IMG/VR virus record: IMGVR_UViG_3300042935_000374
Span: 1-33,014 of that record
Origin: a virus
Taxonomy: Duplodnaviria > Caudoviricetes
Length of the DNA: 33,014 nucleotides
Reading direction: 5' to 3' (one strand)
Position 1 is the first letter of the stretch; each line of letters opens with the position of its first letter. The translations under genes and the position numbers were made by a program. This document shows, piece after piece, positions 25,983 to 33,014 of this stretch. The notes beneath the pieces are model-generated. The model saw only the letters and a list, made by a program, of their open reading frames with translations. It had not been told where the DNA came from and did not search any database.

Positions 25983-26905
25983 TATGAATGGACCCTCACT
26001 ACGAGTTTGTCTATTTCTAGTTCACCATCGTGGCGCAAATGATATTTGCCCCACCGTTTATCTGCTGTCATCAACACAATCTTAGTCTGACTAGGGTTCA
26101 GTCCACTGCGAACAGTTTCGTGACCCAACTTCGCCAGTGTGGATGAACGGTCTTTGCCTGCTAGTGGTCCGTCACGCCAAATGACCTTGCCCAACGGGCT
26201 AAGTATCTGCATAGCCTCACTGAGAGTTGCATCATAAACATAATCATTTACGACAACTGGTTCTTGCTTGGGTGGTTGATACATGGATGCGATGCGCTGG
26301 ATGGTTTCCTTCGGGGTGCGAAGCGACATAGCCGATTCAATAAAGTCACTGAACACCATCGGATTGTCAAAGGAACCCGATTCAACATCTTTCTTGTGAA
26401 AGATGCGTTGCTTGTCAGTTTGTCGGTCATCCAAATTCGGATACGGTAACCTAACATAGTTGCCATATTGTCCTGCTTTCAATGTAATTTGTTTTGGATT
26501 TACTTCTGTGGTTGGTGTTTCTGCAACATGGGATGCAACAACTAGCATGTTACGCATATCCTCAGCAAGGACAGCCTGTTCAGCGAATACCCAAACATGG
26601 AATCCTTTGGAACGGGATTTCTCTATCCATGACACGATGCCTGCTTCCATTAGTGCATCATGTAGTTTGACTGCGTTTTGGTCTGCGTCTGCTGTGTCAA
26701 AGTCAACGCAACCCCATGCAACATAAAACTGTTCAAAGTGTGGGACCATCGGATAAATACCGATTGGTGCTTCACCTGAGAAATGTTTTTGGAACACATC
26801 GTTTGTCAACTGCTCTTTTACACAGCGACCCTCATTATGACCATAAACATCACCTCTGCCACGGAACAGCGTTATGTATGGCTGCGTTAGATGGTCAGGT
26901 ATCAC
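25982..26905 (-). CDS. Archaeo-eukaryotic primase (AEP / TOTE-primase-like) with helical C-terminal domain
   Basis: DxD (VDFD), SRSKGFHVWVF and GNYVRLPY; adjacent to the helicase. Confidence 0.85.
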   Translation of the reverse strand: MIPDHLTQPYITLFRGRGDVYGHNEGRCVKEQLTNDVFQKHFSGEAPIGIYPMVPHFEQFYVAWGCVDFDTADADQNAVKLHDALMEAGIVSWIEKSRSKGFHVWVFAEQAVLAEDMRNMLVVASHVAETPTTEVNPKQITLKAGQYGNYVRLPYPNLDDRQTDKQRIFHKKDVESGSFDNPMVFSDFIESAMSLRTPKETIQRIASMYQPPKQEPVVVNDYVYDATLSEAMQILSPLGKVIWRDGPLAGKDRSSTLAKLGHETVRSGLNPSQTKIVLMTADKRWGKYHLRHDGELEIDKLVVRVHS

Positions 26906-27984
26906 CAGTCCTCCAAGGTTTCTGCGAGTGTTAACTGTTCTAGTGGATTGTCCACGCTAGGTCGTGTTTCTTTCCAAGGTAGCACACCTGTGTCAAGCCG
27001 ATGTAAACGACCTGTGCCGTATTCAATTGTGAAATCCATATCGTCAAGCAACTGCGAAGCAGGACGCTTGCACTTCACCAAGTTGAGTGTGACGGTATCC
27101 ATGTGGATACGCAACTCGTACTGTAGTGATTCAATCTTTTCCATAATCTTTTCGGTATTAGCGGAACGCTCCAGTTTGCCTTGCAGGTCACGAATGTAAC
27201 CTTCAATTTCAAACCGTTTACGGCGCACACCAATAATGTGTGTCGCTTGTTGTTCACCACCATAAGCACCTGAACTGATAGTCATTTTCTTTCCATCAGC
27301 ACCCGATGAGCGTGACGACTGGTGCAACACAAGTAACGGTTTATTATGGCGTTTACCGAACGCTTTAATTGCGTTGGCTTTGGATGGAACATCCTCGCCA
27401 GCACCCGTCAACAGTTCCAAGTAATCCACAACGATAAGTTGTGGGTCACCAATCGCATCGGACACTTCCGCTAATGAGCGTTCCATGTCCAACAGTGAAA
27501 CTGTTTGGTCAAACACGGCTAGGTTCGGGAAATGTTCCCGTGCTGTGTCCTTTAATAGGTTTATGGCTTGACGGTCATTGTTGGCAATTTGTTGTTCCAA
27601 CATGTTCGCATCCACACCATGAACAACACACGCCAACTTAATCAGCGTTAATGTTCGTGGCTCGTCAGGACAGAAATACACAACACGCTTGTCCTTGTTC
27701 GCTACAAGTATCTGCAACAACGCTAATGTTTTACCGCTATGTGAGTATCCGTTTACCAAACATAATTCGGCTGGTGCTATTCCTCGCATCTCGGAATCAA
27801 TGTCTGCGAAACCTGTATAAACTCGTTCGTGTGGTGTTTGCGCCCAATGGACATAGTCATCAGCCGCTTTTTCAAGTGGCGTAAAGTAGTTAAACTTTGG
27901 CGTTATAGACAAATCGGACGGGGCGATGTTCTCGCCCCGTCCAATCTTTGCCCAACGCTCCGTGTAATCAGGAGCAGGTGTCAT
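26902..27984 (-). CDS. DnaB-like (SF4) replicative helicase
   Basis: TGF..ID, Walker A GYSHSGKT, Walker B IVVDYLEL, LHQSSR and EQQA..I. Confidence 0.88.
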   Translation of the reverse strand: MTPAPDYTERWAKIGRGENIAPSDLSITPKFNYFTPLEKAADDYVHWAQTPHERVYTGFADIDSEMRGIAPAELCLVNGYSHSGKTLALLQILVANKDKRVVYFCPDEPRTLTLIKLACVVHGVDANMLEQQIANNDRQAINLLKDTAREHFPNLAVFDQTVSLLDMERSLAEVSDAIGDPQLIVVDYLELLTGAGEDVPSKANAIKAFGKRHNKPLLVLHQSSRSSGADGKKMTISSGAYGGEQQATHIIGVRRKRFEIEGYIRDLQGKLERSANTEKIMEKIESLQYELRIHMDTVTLNLVKCKRPASQLLDDMDFTIEYGTGRLHRLDTGVLPWKETRPSVDNPLEQLTLAETLEDW

Positions 27985-27990
27985 GTTTGT

Positions 27991-28443
27991 TTAACGCTTT
28001 GCTCGTGGTTCCCAAAACGCTTTGTCGCCTGAGACTGCCTTGAACCAAGGTCGCTTAGGGTTTGCTTGCAAACCGTCACGGTTGTCCCACACTTCGGTTA
28101 CGCCAACCTTGGCACATTCTGCATGTAGCCATGCTGGAATTGGACCATGTTGTGTACCCTTGACACGGACCTGAAAGCCTCCTGAGGAAGCCTGTGGGGC
28201 TGGTGCAGGGGTTTCTACTGGTGTAGCACCAAAGGTTGAAATAACAGCCTGTGCTACTTCTTGTTCGGTCATACCGCCGTTGGTCATGCCATGCTTTTGC
28301 AACAGGGCATCGGTTGTGGCATCAAACGCCATCGCCCAATTAGCGATGTTAAGCATAATGTCATCTGTCTTGGGTGTCAGGTCGGCAGCAATTTTTGCAG
28401 CCACCTGTGTGATTATGGATTGGTCTTTGCTGATGGTATTCAT
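27991..28443 (-). CDS. Replication/recombination-associated protein, possibly ssDNA-binding
   Basis: Strong AGGAGG SD; lies between the exonuclease and helicase; aromatic C-terminal domain (VWDNR..KRPWFK..AFW). Function inferred from position only. Confidence 0.45.
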   Translation of the reverse strand: MNTISKDQSIITQVAAKIAADLTPKTDDIMLNIANWAMAFDATTDALLQKHGMTNGGMTEQEVAQAVISTFGATPVETPAPAPQASSGGFQVRVKGTQHGPIPAWLHAECAKVGVTEVWDNRDGLQANPKRPWFKAVSGDKAFWEPRAKR

Positions 28444-28481
28444 TTCAAGCCTCCTGCTTGTTTGTTTGGTATTACATTAGT

Positions 28482-28523
28482 GAACGACACGACCTGACTG
28501 GAGGTGACCGAGTCGTGCCGTTC
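28482..28523 (-). promoter_or_regulatory. 12-bp leader hairpin with CCUCC in an 18-nt loop
   Basis: Minus strand GAACGGCACGAC-ucggucaCCUCCagucag-GUCGUGUCGUUC. The single non-WC pair is G.U only on the minus strand. Confidence 0.6.
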
Positions 28524-28541
28524 GTGAACTAGGGATGAGCA

Positions 28542-28552
28542 TAGCATGGACA
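28542..28552 (-). repeat. TGTCCATGCTA motif, copy 1 (includes extended -10-like TGcTATGCT)
   Basis: Exact 11-mer also found at 29409-29419; both copies are intergenic. Confidence 0.55.
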
Positions 28553-28554
28553 TG

Positions 28555-29391
28555 TCAGACATCCAACTGCTCAGGGAAAGAATCATCTGCGTTGCGAACA
28601 AACGCACCTTTACAGATGCTCCAGTAACTGCACCATGACTCCGAGCATAGTGCTGAAGAATCGTTCATAATCCAGTTGTTTTCGTAACCGTTGTTCATCG
28701 CTGTGTTAACTGCGCCACGAATGTATTGACGCAACCATTGTCCATGCGCTTCGGTACGAACGATGGAAACGATTTGTGATTTAGGTTTCTCTTGACGAAC
28801 CATAACACCGAAACGGAAATCAACAGGATAGTTGGGCGATAGCCCCAACGAAACACAAGCGTCAGCATAAACGCTGGCTTGGATGTTGGACTTCTGCTTT
28901 TCCTTAATGTTGTATTGGCGGCTGGCTGTTTTCCAGTCCCAAATAACACCGCTAGGTGAAACATAATCCATTGTTCCTTCCACATAAACGGCGTAGCCGT
29001 TAATGGTGAAACCGAGACTGGATGAGAACTTGTGTTCTACTTTGCCACCTTGCTCCACATGGGGCAGGATGCCGTCATAAAACGCAAGCGACATAGATTC
29101 CAGATAGGCGGGGATTTTGTCTGGGTCAATGTTGGTCTTTTTATAATTGGTGTGTTCCAGCGTTTCATATTCGTTGTTCACAACTTCCAACATGTCAGCA
29201 ACTTCGGATGAGCGACCATCCAAAACGGATTCAATGCCAGCATGCAAAGCGGTCCCGATGATTGTTGCATCGGAACCTGTACGAAACTCAGGACGAATTT
29301 GCCCAAGCCTTGCACGCTCAGGGCAGATAGTCATGTCACCTAACCATGATTGCCTAATATAAATCTTTTGATTGACTTTATCTATTCTCAT
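28555..29391 (-). CDS. PD-(D/E)XK exonuclease, Cas4/RecB-like with Fe-S cluster Cys pattern
   Basis: N-terminal CPER, GTALH, EGTMD, DWKT, Q...Y, and C-terminal C....C.....C. Confidence 0.85.
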   Translation of the reverse strand: MRIDKVNQKIYIRQSWLGDMTICPERARLGQIRPEFRTGSDATIIGTALHAGIESVLDGRSSEVADMLEVVNNEYETLEHTNYKKTNIDPDKIPAYLESMSLAFYDGILPHVEQGGKVEHKFSSSLGFTINGYAVYVEGTMDYVSPSGVIWDWKTASRQYNIKEKQKSNIQASVYADACVSLGLSPNYPVDFRFGVMVRQEKPKSQIVSIVRTEAHGQWLRQYIRGAVNTAMNNGYENNWIMNDSSALCSESWCSYWSICKGAFVRNADDSFPEQLDV

Positions 29392-29408
29392 TTATGACCT
29401 CCAATAAT

Positions 29409-29419
29409 TAGCATGGACA
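29409..29419 (-). repeat. TGTCCATGCTA motif, copy 2
   Basis: Located upstream of the GGAGG SD of the exonuclease gene. Confidence 0.55.
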
Positions 29420-29436
29420 AATAGTAACACATATAG

Positions 29437-30144
29437 TTACACATCCTTCTTTTTCATTTGTCGCTTGTGCCAGCGAACTGTGTCAGGAACATAACTGGTC
29501 CCGTATTTCTCGTTAATTATTCTAACGATTTCTTTGTTCGGTAATGTCCCCGCCATAATCATTTCATGGAACTCTTTTTTAACTAGTCCCATGTTATTAC
29601 CACGACCATATGTGCGAACCACTATTGGTTCGTACAGTTGTTGGAAACTTTTCACCATGTTGCGATTTAGCCCGTATTTACGCACTATTTTCATGTAATT
29701 TGGGCGTTCCTGAAGCATGTCTGCCTCAAACTCTAGGAAAGTTTCCCTAGAGACATACATGTAAAACTTGTTGGTGCTGAAAGCAATCATATAATCATTC
29801 AACTCCACACCCAACTTGTCAATCACCTGAAGGACACTCGTGACATTATGAAACTGTTTCACAGCATTTGCCACAGAGTCACGAATGATTTTCCAGCGTT
29901 GCAAAGGATTCGTGGGCAGTTCTAACGGTTGCAAATCGTCAAACGAACTACCCATGAACTCGGAAACAAACTGGTCATGTATCTCTACGACAGACTCCAA
30001 CCACGACAGAATATCGTCACGGTTCGTCAAGTCATAACCTTTCAGGTATGCGATACGGTCACCCATCCACATACCGTTTATGGCATCGGAGGATATGTTA
30101 ACACCAATAGGTGTAACATCATCCAAATTATGGTCATCACACAT
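29437..30144 (-). CDS. Hypothetical protein with probable C-terminal HTH
   Basis: NKEIVRIINEKYGTSYVPDTVRWHK. Confidence 0.55.
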   Translation of the reverse strand: MCDDHNLDDVTPIGVNISSDAINGMWMGDRIAYLKGYDLTNRDDILSWLESVVEIHDQFVSEFMGSSFDDLQPLELPTNPLQRWKIIRDSVANAVKQFHNVTSVLQVIDKLGVELNDYMIAFSTNKFYMYVSRETFLEFEADMLQERPNYMKIVRKYGLNRNMVKSFQQLYEPIVVRTYGRGNNMGLVKKEFHEMIMAGTLPNKEIVRIINEKYGTSYVPDTVRWHKRQMKKKDV

Positions 30145-30307
30145 TTGCTAATCTCCGTGCTTGTAGCGTTGTCTCTACTAGGTTTTGCCACTGCTCGTCA
30201 GTGGTCAAATCATAAATCATTTTCACACACAAACCTAGGGCTAGGTTCTCTCCGAAAACTTCTTTCATGTTGTTTTCAACATCAAAAATTTGGTCATGTG
30301 CTTTCAT
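30137..30307 (-). CDS. 56-aa hypothetical protein (not in ORF track)
   Basis: ATGA overlap with the upstream stop. MKAHDQIFDVENNMKEVFGENLALGLCVKMIYDLTTDEQWQNLVETTLQARRLANV; its end overlaps the next start. Confidence 0.6.
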   Translation of the reverse strand: MKAHDQIFDVENNMKEVFGENLALGLCVKMIYDLTTDEQWQNLVETTLQARRLANV

Positions 30308-30546
30308 ACTTCCTCTGCCTCCAGTTCAAACCAATCAGCCCATACCGCCGAAGGATGCAAACCCAAACGAATCGCATACTTGTCGGCAAACCATTGGTTT
30401 ATTTGTGTGTTTTTATATTTCCATTTACGAACAATTTGGGGATGAATCCCCAATGTTTGTGCGATAATCGTGTCCTCGGTTTCAGGACGAAACATTCGCA
30501 ACAACTCCGTTGCAGGAAATTGTCGTTGCTTAAATTCACGCTTCAT
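30304..30546 (-). CDS. Cro/Ner-like HTH DNA-binding protein
   Basis: IIAQTLGIHPQIVRKWK..ADKYAIRLGLHPSAVW. Confidence 0.75.
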   Translation of the reverse strand: MKREFKQRQFPATELLRMFRPETEDTIIAQTLGIHPQIVRKWKYKNTQINQWFADKYAIRLGLHPSAVWADWFELEAEEV

Positions 30547-30746
30547 TCCCAAGTCACCCAACCCTCAGGTGTCACATAAGTTGGAGGTTCAACAATCGTT
30601 GACCTACGGTTATAATCCTCAACCGCTTCCATAACACCACACGATGAACAAATTTCGGTTTTGTTATCTCTCCGAGATAACGCACCCGAATACTGACCCT
30701 CATATTCCGCATTAGGAATTGGACCGTTACAAATTGGACATGACAT
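30543..30746 (-). CDS. Small zinc-finger protein
   Basis: CPIC..ALSRRDNKTEICSSCG; GAGGGG SD. Confidence 0.7.
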   Translation of the reverse strand: MSCPICNGPIPNAEYEGQYSGALSRRDNKTEICSSCGVMEAVEDYNRRSTIVEPPTYVTPEGWVTWE

Positions 30747-30747
30747 A

Positions 30748-30936
30748 TTACTTACCCCTCTTTCGTAGAAAACCATTTTTCTTAATCCCATTTGGATATT
30801 TATTCCAAACAGAAAACCCTAGCAGTATTGCACAGTCAACACAGAAATATCCTGCCCAACCATTAGCGGATTTATCACCAGCATAAACAACCGCATGATT
30901 ACCGCAACTTTGCTCGCATTTCACAAGCCCCATCAC
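30748..30936 (-). CDS. Small zinc-finger protein
   Basis: CEQSC..FCVDC. Confidence 0.55.
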   Translation of the reverse strand: MMGLVKCEQSCGNHAVVYAGDKSANGWAGYFCVDCAILLGFSVWNKYPNGIKKNGFLRKRGK

Positions 30937-31121
30937 TTACCCACTTTCTGCATTTGCACTCTAGTTACATGATTGCAACATAACGGAAGTTCACTAAGGC
31001 GAACGAACACTTCAATAGTGTTATCGCAACTAGGACATTTATATTTTCCTTGCGCCACCAAGGAACCAGTGGTCGCCCCTCTCCGAGGGGCAACCACCTT
31101 TGCTACTGGGTTATCTGACAT
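30933..31121 (-). CDS. Small zinc-ribbon protein
   Basis: YKCPSC..P.CCNH...M. Confidence 0.6.
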   Translation of the reverse strand: MSDNPVAKVVAPRRGATTGSLVAQGKYKCPSCDNTIEVFVRLSELPLCCNHVTRVQMQKVGK

Positions 31122-31729
31122 TATGAATTTCCCTTTAGGAAATCCTCAATTTCATTAACCAAAGAAGCACCTTGTGCTTCGCTAGCCATTGCAACCAACT
31201 TCTCGTTCACCTTGTGTGTGAGGTCAGTCAACATTTGCATCGCCACGCCATTGTGGGAGTTCGTGTTAATTTCCTCCGCCATAGTGCTTACAAGCAATTC
31301 CAATTCCTCTTTGGTTGCCAAACCGAACGACTCTGCAAGCCCCAACACAATCGTGGCTGTCGTAGCCTCGTTGTATGTTTCTGCAACATGTTCAGTGAAC
31401 TTCGTTGTGAGGAACTGAAAGAAACTTTCAGGCAAATCATAATTCTCACCGTCATACTCACCATCAGGTGATTCGCCAGCAACAACTACGCAAGGACCAA
31501 CAAGGTTCTTACCGAACAATGCACTAGCGAACCAGTTTTGTTCCAAACCAATTAGCAAACCCTCATCGTGAACATAACCAACGATGACATGACCACCAAC
31601 CTTGGTGGTAACACAATCAAATGCGCCACCAACCATAGTTTGAATGTCGGTATATTCACCGACCATAACGGGTTCAATCTCAACCCCTATACCACAGGGC
31701 ATAAATGCCCCTGCCACTTGCTTACTCAT
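31121..31729 (-). CDS. DUF3846-like protein with helical C-terminal extension
   Basis: IQTMVGG.FD.V..YVHDEGLL..L..N..AS....LVGPCVV; GGAGG SD before ATG 31729. Confidence 0.65.
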   Translation of the reverse strand: MSKQVAGAFMPCGIGVEIEPVMVGEYTDIQTMVGGAFDCVTTKVGGHVIVGYVHDEGLLIGLEQNWFASALFGKNLVGPCVVVAGESPDGEYDGENYDLPESFFQFLTTKFTEHVAETYNEATTATIVLGLAESFGLATKEELELLVSTMAEEINTNSHNGVAMQMLTDLTHKVNEKLVAMASEAQGASLVNEIEDFLKGNS

Positions 31730-31755
31730 ACATACCTCCAAAGGTACAGACTCGG

Positions 31756-31821
31756 ACTGGAATCATCAGCACGGAAAAGTATCCGTGTTTACCCCCGAAG
31801 GGGTAATTCATCCTTACCAGT
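31756..31821 (-). ncRNA. Type II hammerhead-ribozyme-like RNA with variant core
   Basis: GAA, then stem III UUACCCC-UUCG-GGGGUAA, a single A, stem I CACGGA-UACUUU-UCCGUG, then CUGAUGA, closed by flanking GGA/UCC or ACUGG/CCAGU. Confidence 0.6.
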
Positions 31822-31835
31822 TGTGTTGTGTTTAT

Positions 31836-31865
31836 ATCTTATGCACACCTCCTAGAACTTGTCAA
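31836..31865 (-). promoter_or_regulatory. Host sigma70-type early promoter TTGACA-N18-TAAGAT
   Basis: -35 at 31865-31860, -10 at 31841-31836. Confidence 0.75.
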
Positions 31866-32304
31866 GCACCTTGCTAGTAGCAAGATACCAGTCAAATGCT
31901 TCGCTATGAGTTACGAACACTTCACGGTCACAAACCGCAACGGGGACAACTGTCATGTCCCACAGTTCCACTTGCCACATGTTAATCGCCTCGTTCCAAA
32001 ACAATTCAAACTGGAACCCATTATCCGTAGGCAATGACAAACCTGAACTTGTTGTCCAAAACGGGGACAAAAACTCTCGCAGGTCCGCTTCCTGTTCCGC
32101 ATACTTTGCATCCTTGCGAAGGTCATTCAATCCAAACAGGATGAATGTTTCCCATAATGCGAACCCAAGGAACACTGAAGTTCCAAGGAAGTTCATAAAC
32201 ATTGGCATAAAGCCAGTCGGTAAACCGAACCAGCCGAAACCAACCCACAATGTGAGGGCATACAACCCCCACATCAACAATGTCCGTGCTATTTGCTTTT
32301 TCAT
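31852..32304 (-). CDS. Membrane protein with two N-terminal TM helices
   Basis: GGAGG SD; hydrophobic residues about 8-60 followed by a soluble aromatic domain. Confidence 0.65.
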   Translation of the reverse strand: MKKQIARTLLMWGLYALTLWVGFGWFGLPTGFMPMFMNFLGTSVFLGFALWETFILFGLNDLRKDAKYAEQEADLREFLSPFWTTSSGLSLPTDNGFQFELFWNEAINMWQVELWDMTVVPVAVCDREVFVTHSEAFDWYLATSKVLDKF

Positions 32305-32346
32305 TTCTCAACCTCCAAGGTTGTTGTTGTTGTTTATAATTACATC

Positions 32347-32410
32347 TTACACCAAAGGTGTAACAAGGTAGCGGAGGATAACATCACTACCCTGTTACAC
32401 CGAAGGTGAC
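32347..32410 (-). promoter_or_regulatory. 15-bp hairpin with CCUCC loop, flanked by two CACC-N3-GGTG palindromes
   Basis: Arms 32357-32371 and 32387-32401; perfect palindrome TTACACC-AAA-GGTGTAA at 32347-32363. Confidence 0.6.
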
Positions 32411-32413
32411 CCA

Positions 32414-33013
32414 CTAGATTAGGTTCAAACCAGTAATGGTTTGCATAACCCATTCCACAGGATTTTCCATGCACTGTGTGGCACGGGATTCCAAACGCTC
32501 CATCCGAATGTCGGCGTTCACAGTCGGAGCATAAACCGTGTGAATCGTTCTGCCATAAGAACCGTTAGGTACAGCATTGATTTGAGTCCGACAAGTTGAC
32601 ATCTCACGGACAGCGAACGCCATACGCCTTAGCATCGCAGGATGAGCCAAAGTGAACATAAGTTCGTCAATGTCCAACCTATCGGTTGGGTCATGCAACT
32701 TCGTCACCGTGGTGTGTGTCGTGTTACCGCTAGAGGTAATCGCAGTCTCACCATAAATTTCTACAGAAACACCAAGTTTCTGTAGAGTGTCCACCAAGGC
32801 AAGCAACACCACACCACGCTTCATAATGAAGTCGCCACTGAAAGATGCCGATGCACCATAATCAATGAAAAGTTTAACAACTTTTCCCATCCGTTCGGCA
32901 GGCTCCATAGGGAAATCCAACATGCACATCGGTTCGTTACCACAGTAACGACCAACATCCACAACACCACCAGCGACATTCCAAGTCATACTTGGGGCAA
33001 TTTCCAGACGGTC
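32414..33013 (-). CDS. vWA/CobT-like domain protein, 5' end outside window
   Basis: The frame is open to the window edge. V.G..VDVGRY..NEP.CM is followed by a MIDAS-like ID..AS.S and F..AHPAMLRR..F. Confidence 0.55.
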   Translation of the reverse strand, partial: DRLEIAPSMTWNVAGGVVDVGRYCGNEPMCMLDFPMEPAERMGKVVKLFIDYGASASFSGDFIMKRGVVLLALVDTLQKLGVSVEIYGETAITSSGNTTHTTVTKLHDPTDRLDIDELMFTLAHPAMLRRMAFAVREMSTCRTQINAVPNGSYGRTIHTVYAPTVNADIRMERLESRATQCMENPVEWVMQTITGLNLI

Positions 33014-33014
33014 C

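Noticed and set aside
28555-29391. Cas4-like gene as part of a CRISPR-Cas system
   Set aside because: No repeat-spacer array or other cas genes are present, and its context is phage replication/recombination.
29929-30579. 216-aa plus-strand ORF
   Set aside because: It is antisense to four tightly coupled minus-strand genes and has no recognisable motif.
31722-31811. 29-codon minus-strand ORF (MNYPFGGKHGY...) overlapping the hammerhead-like element
   Set aside because: It has no properly spaced SD, and the RNA-structure reading explains the sequence better (UUCG loop, perfect stems, core motifs).

Overview
This window is most of a tailed dsDNA bacteriophage genome. The host is probably Gram-positive or actinobacterial; this is inferred from the M15 endolysin with no spanins, the DUF2746-like membrane protein and the apparently leaderless starts. 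The + strand (1-23579) carries the late genes: TerS, Gly-rich/tail-associated genes, a secreted Thr-rich protein, holin, M15 endolysin, an SLT-like muramidase, TerL, portal, scaffold, major capsid, a decoration protein, a block of small Lys-rich proteins, podovirus-type tail tubular proteins and three putative ejection proteins (the last 1799 aa). The - strand (23569-33014) carries early/replication genes: a stand-alone sigma region-4 HTH, a PD-(D/E)XK protein, RusA, an HslV-like Ntn peptidase, AEP primase, DnaB-like helicase, a Cas4-like nuclease, HTH and Zn-finger microproteins, a DUF3846-like protein and a truncated vWA-like gene. No DNA polymerase, integrase, tRNA or CRISPR array is visible. 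Four signals stand out. (1) A type II hammerhead-ribozyme-like RNA with a non-canonical core lies in the leader of a consensus sigma70 promoter (31756-31821, -). (2) Small basic proteins share an N-terminal (AIESRVGH)..GIDDI motif, a candidate capsid-targeting signal. (3) A GGAACA-N7-TA motif sits exactly 14 nt before five late start codons (one copy is AGAACA), and the phage encodes a sigma4-only protein that might read it. (4) Two early leaders have long hairpins with an anti-Shine-Dalgarno CCUCC loop. All product calls come from reading motifs by eye; no database search was run.
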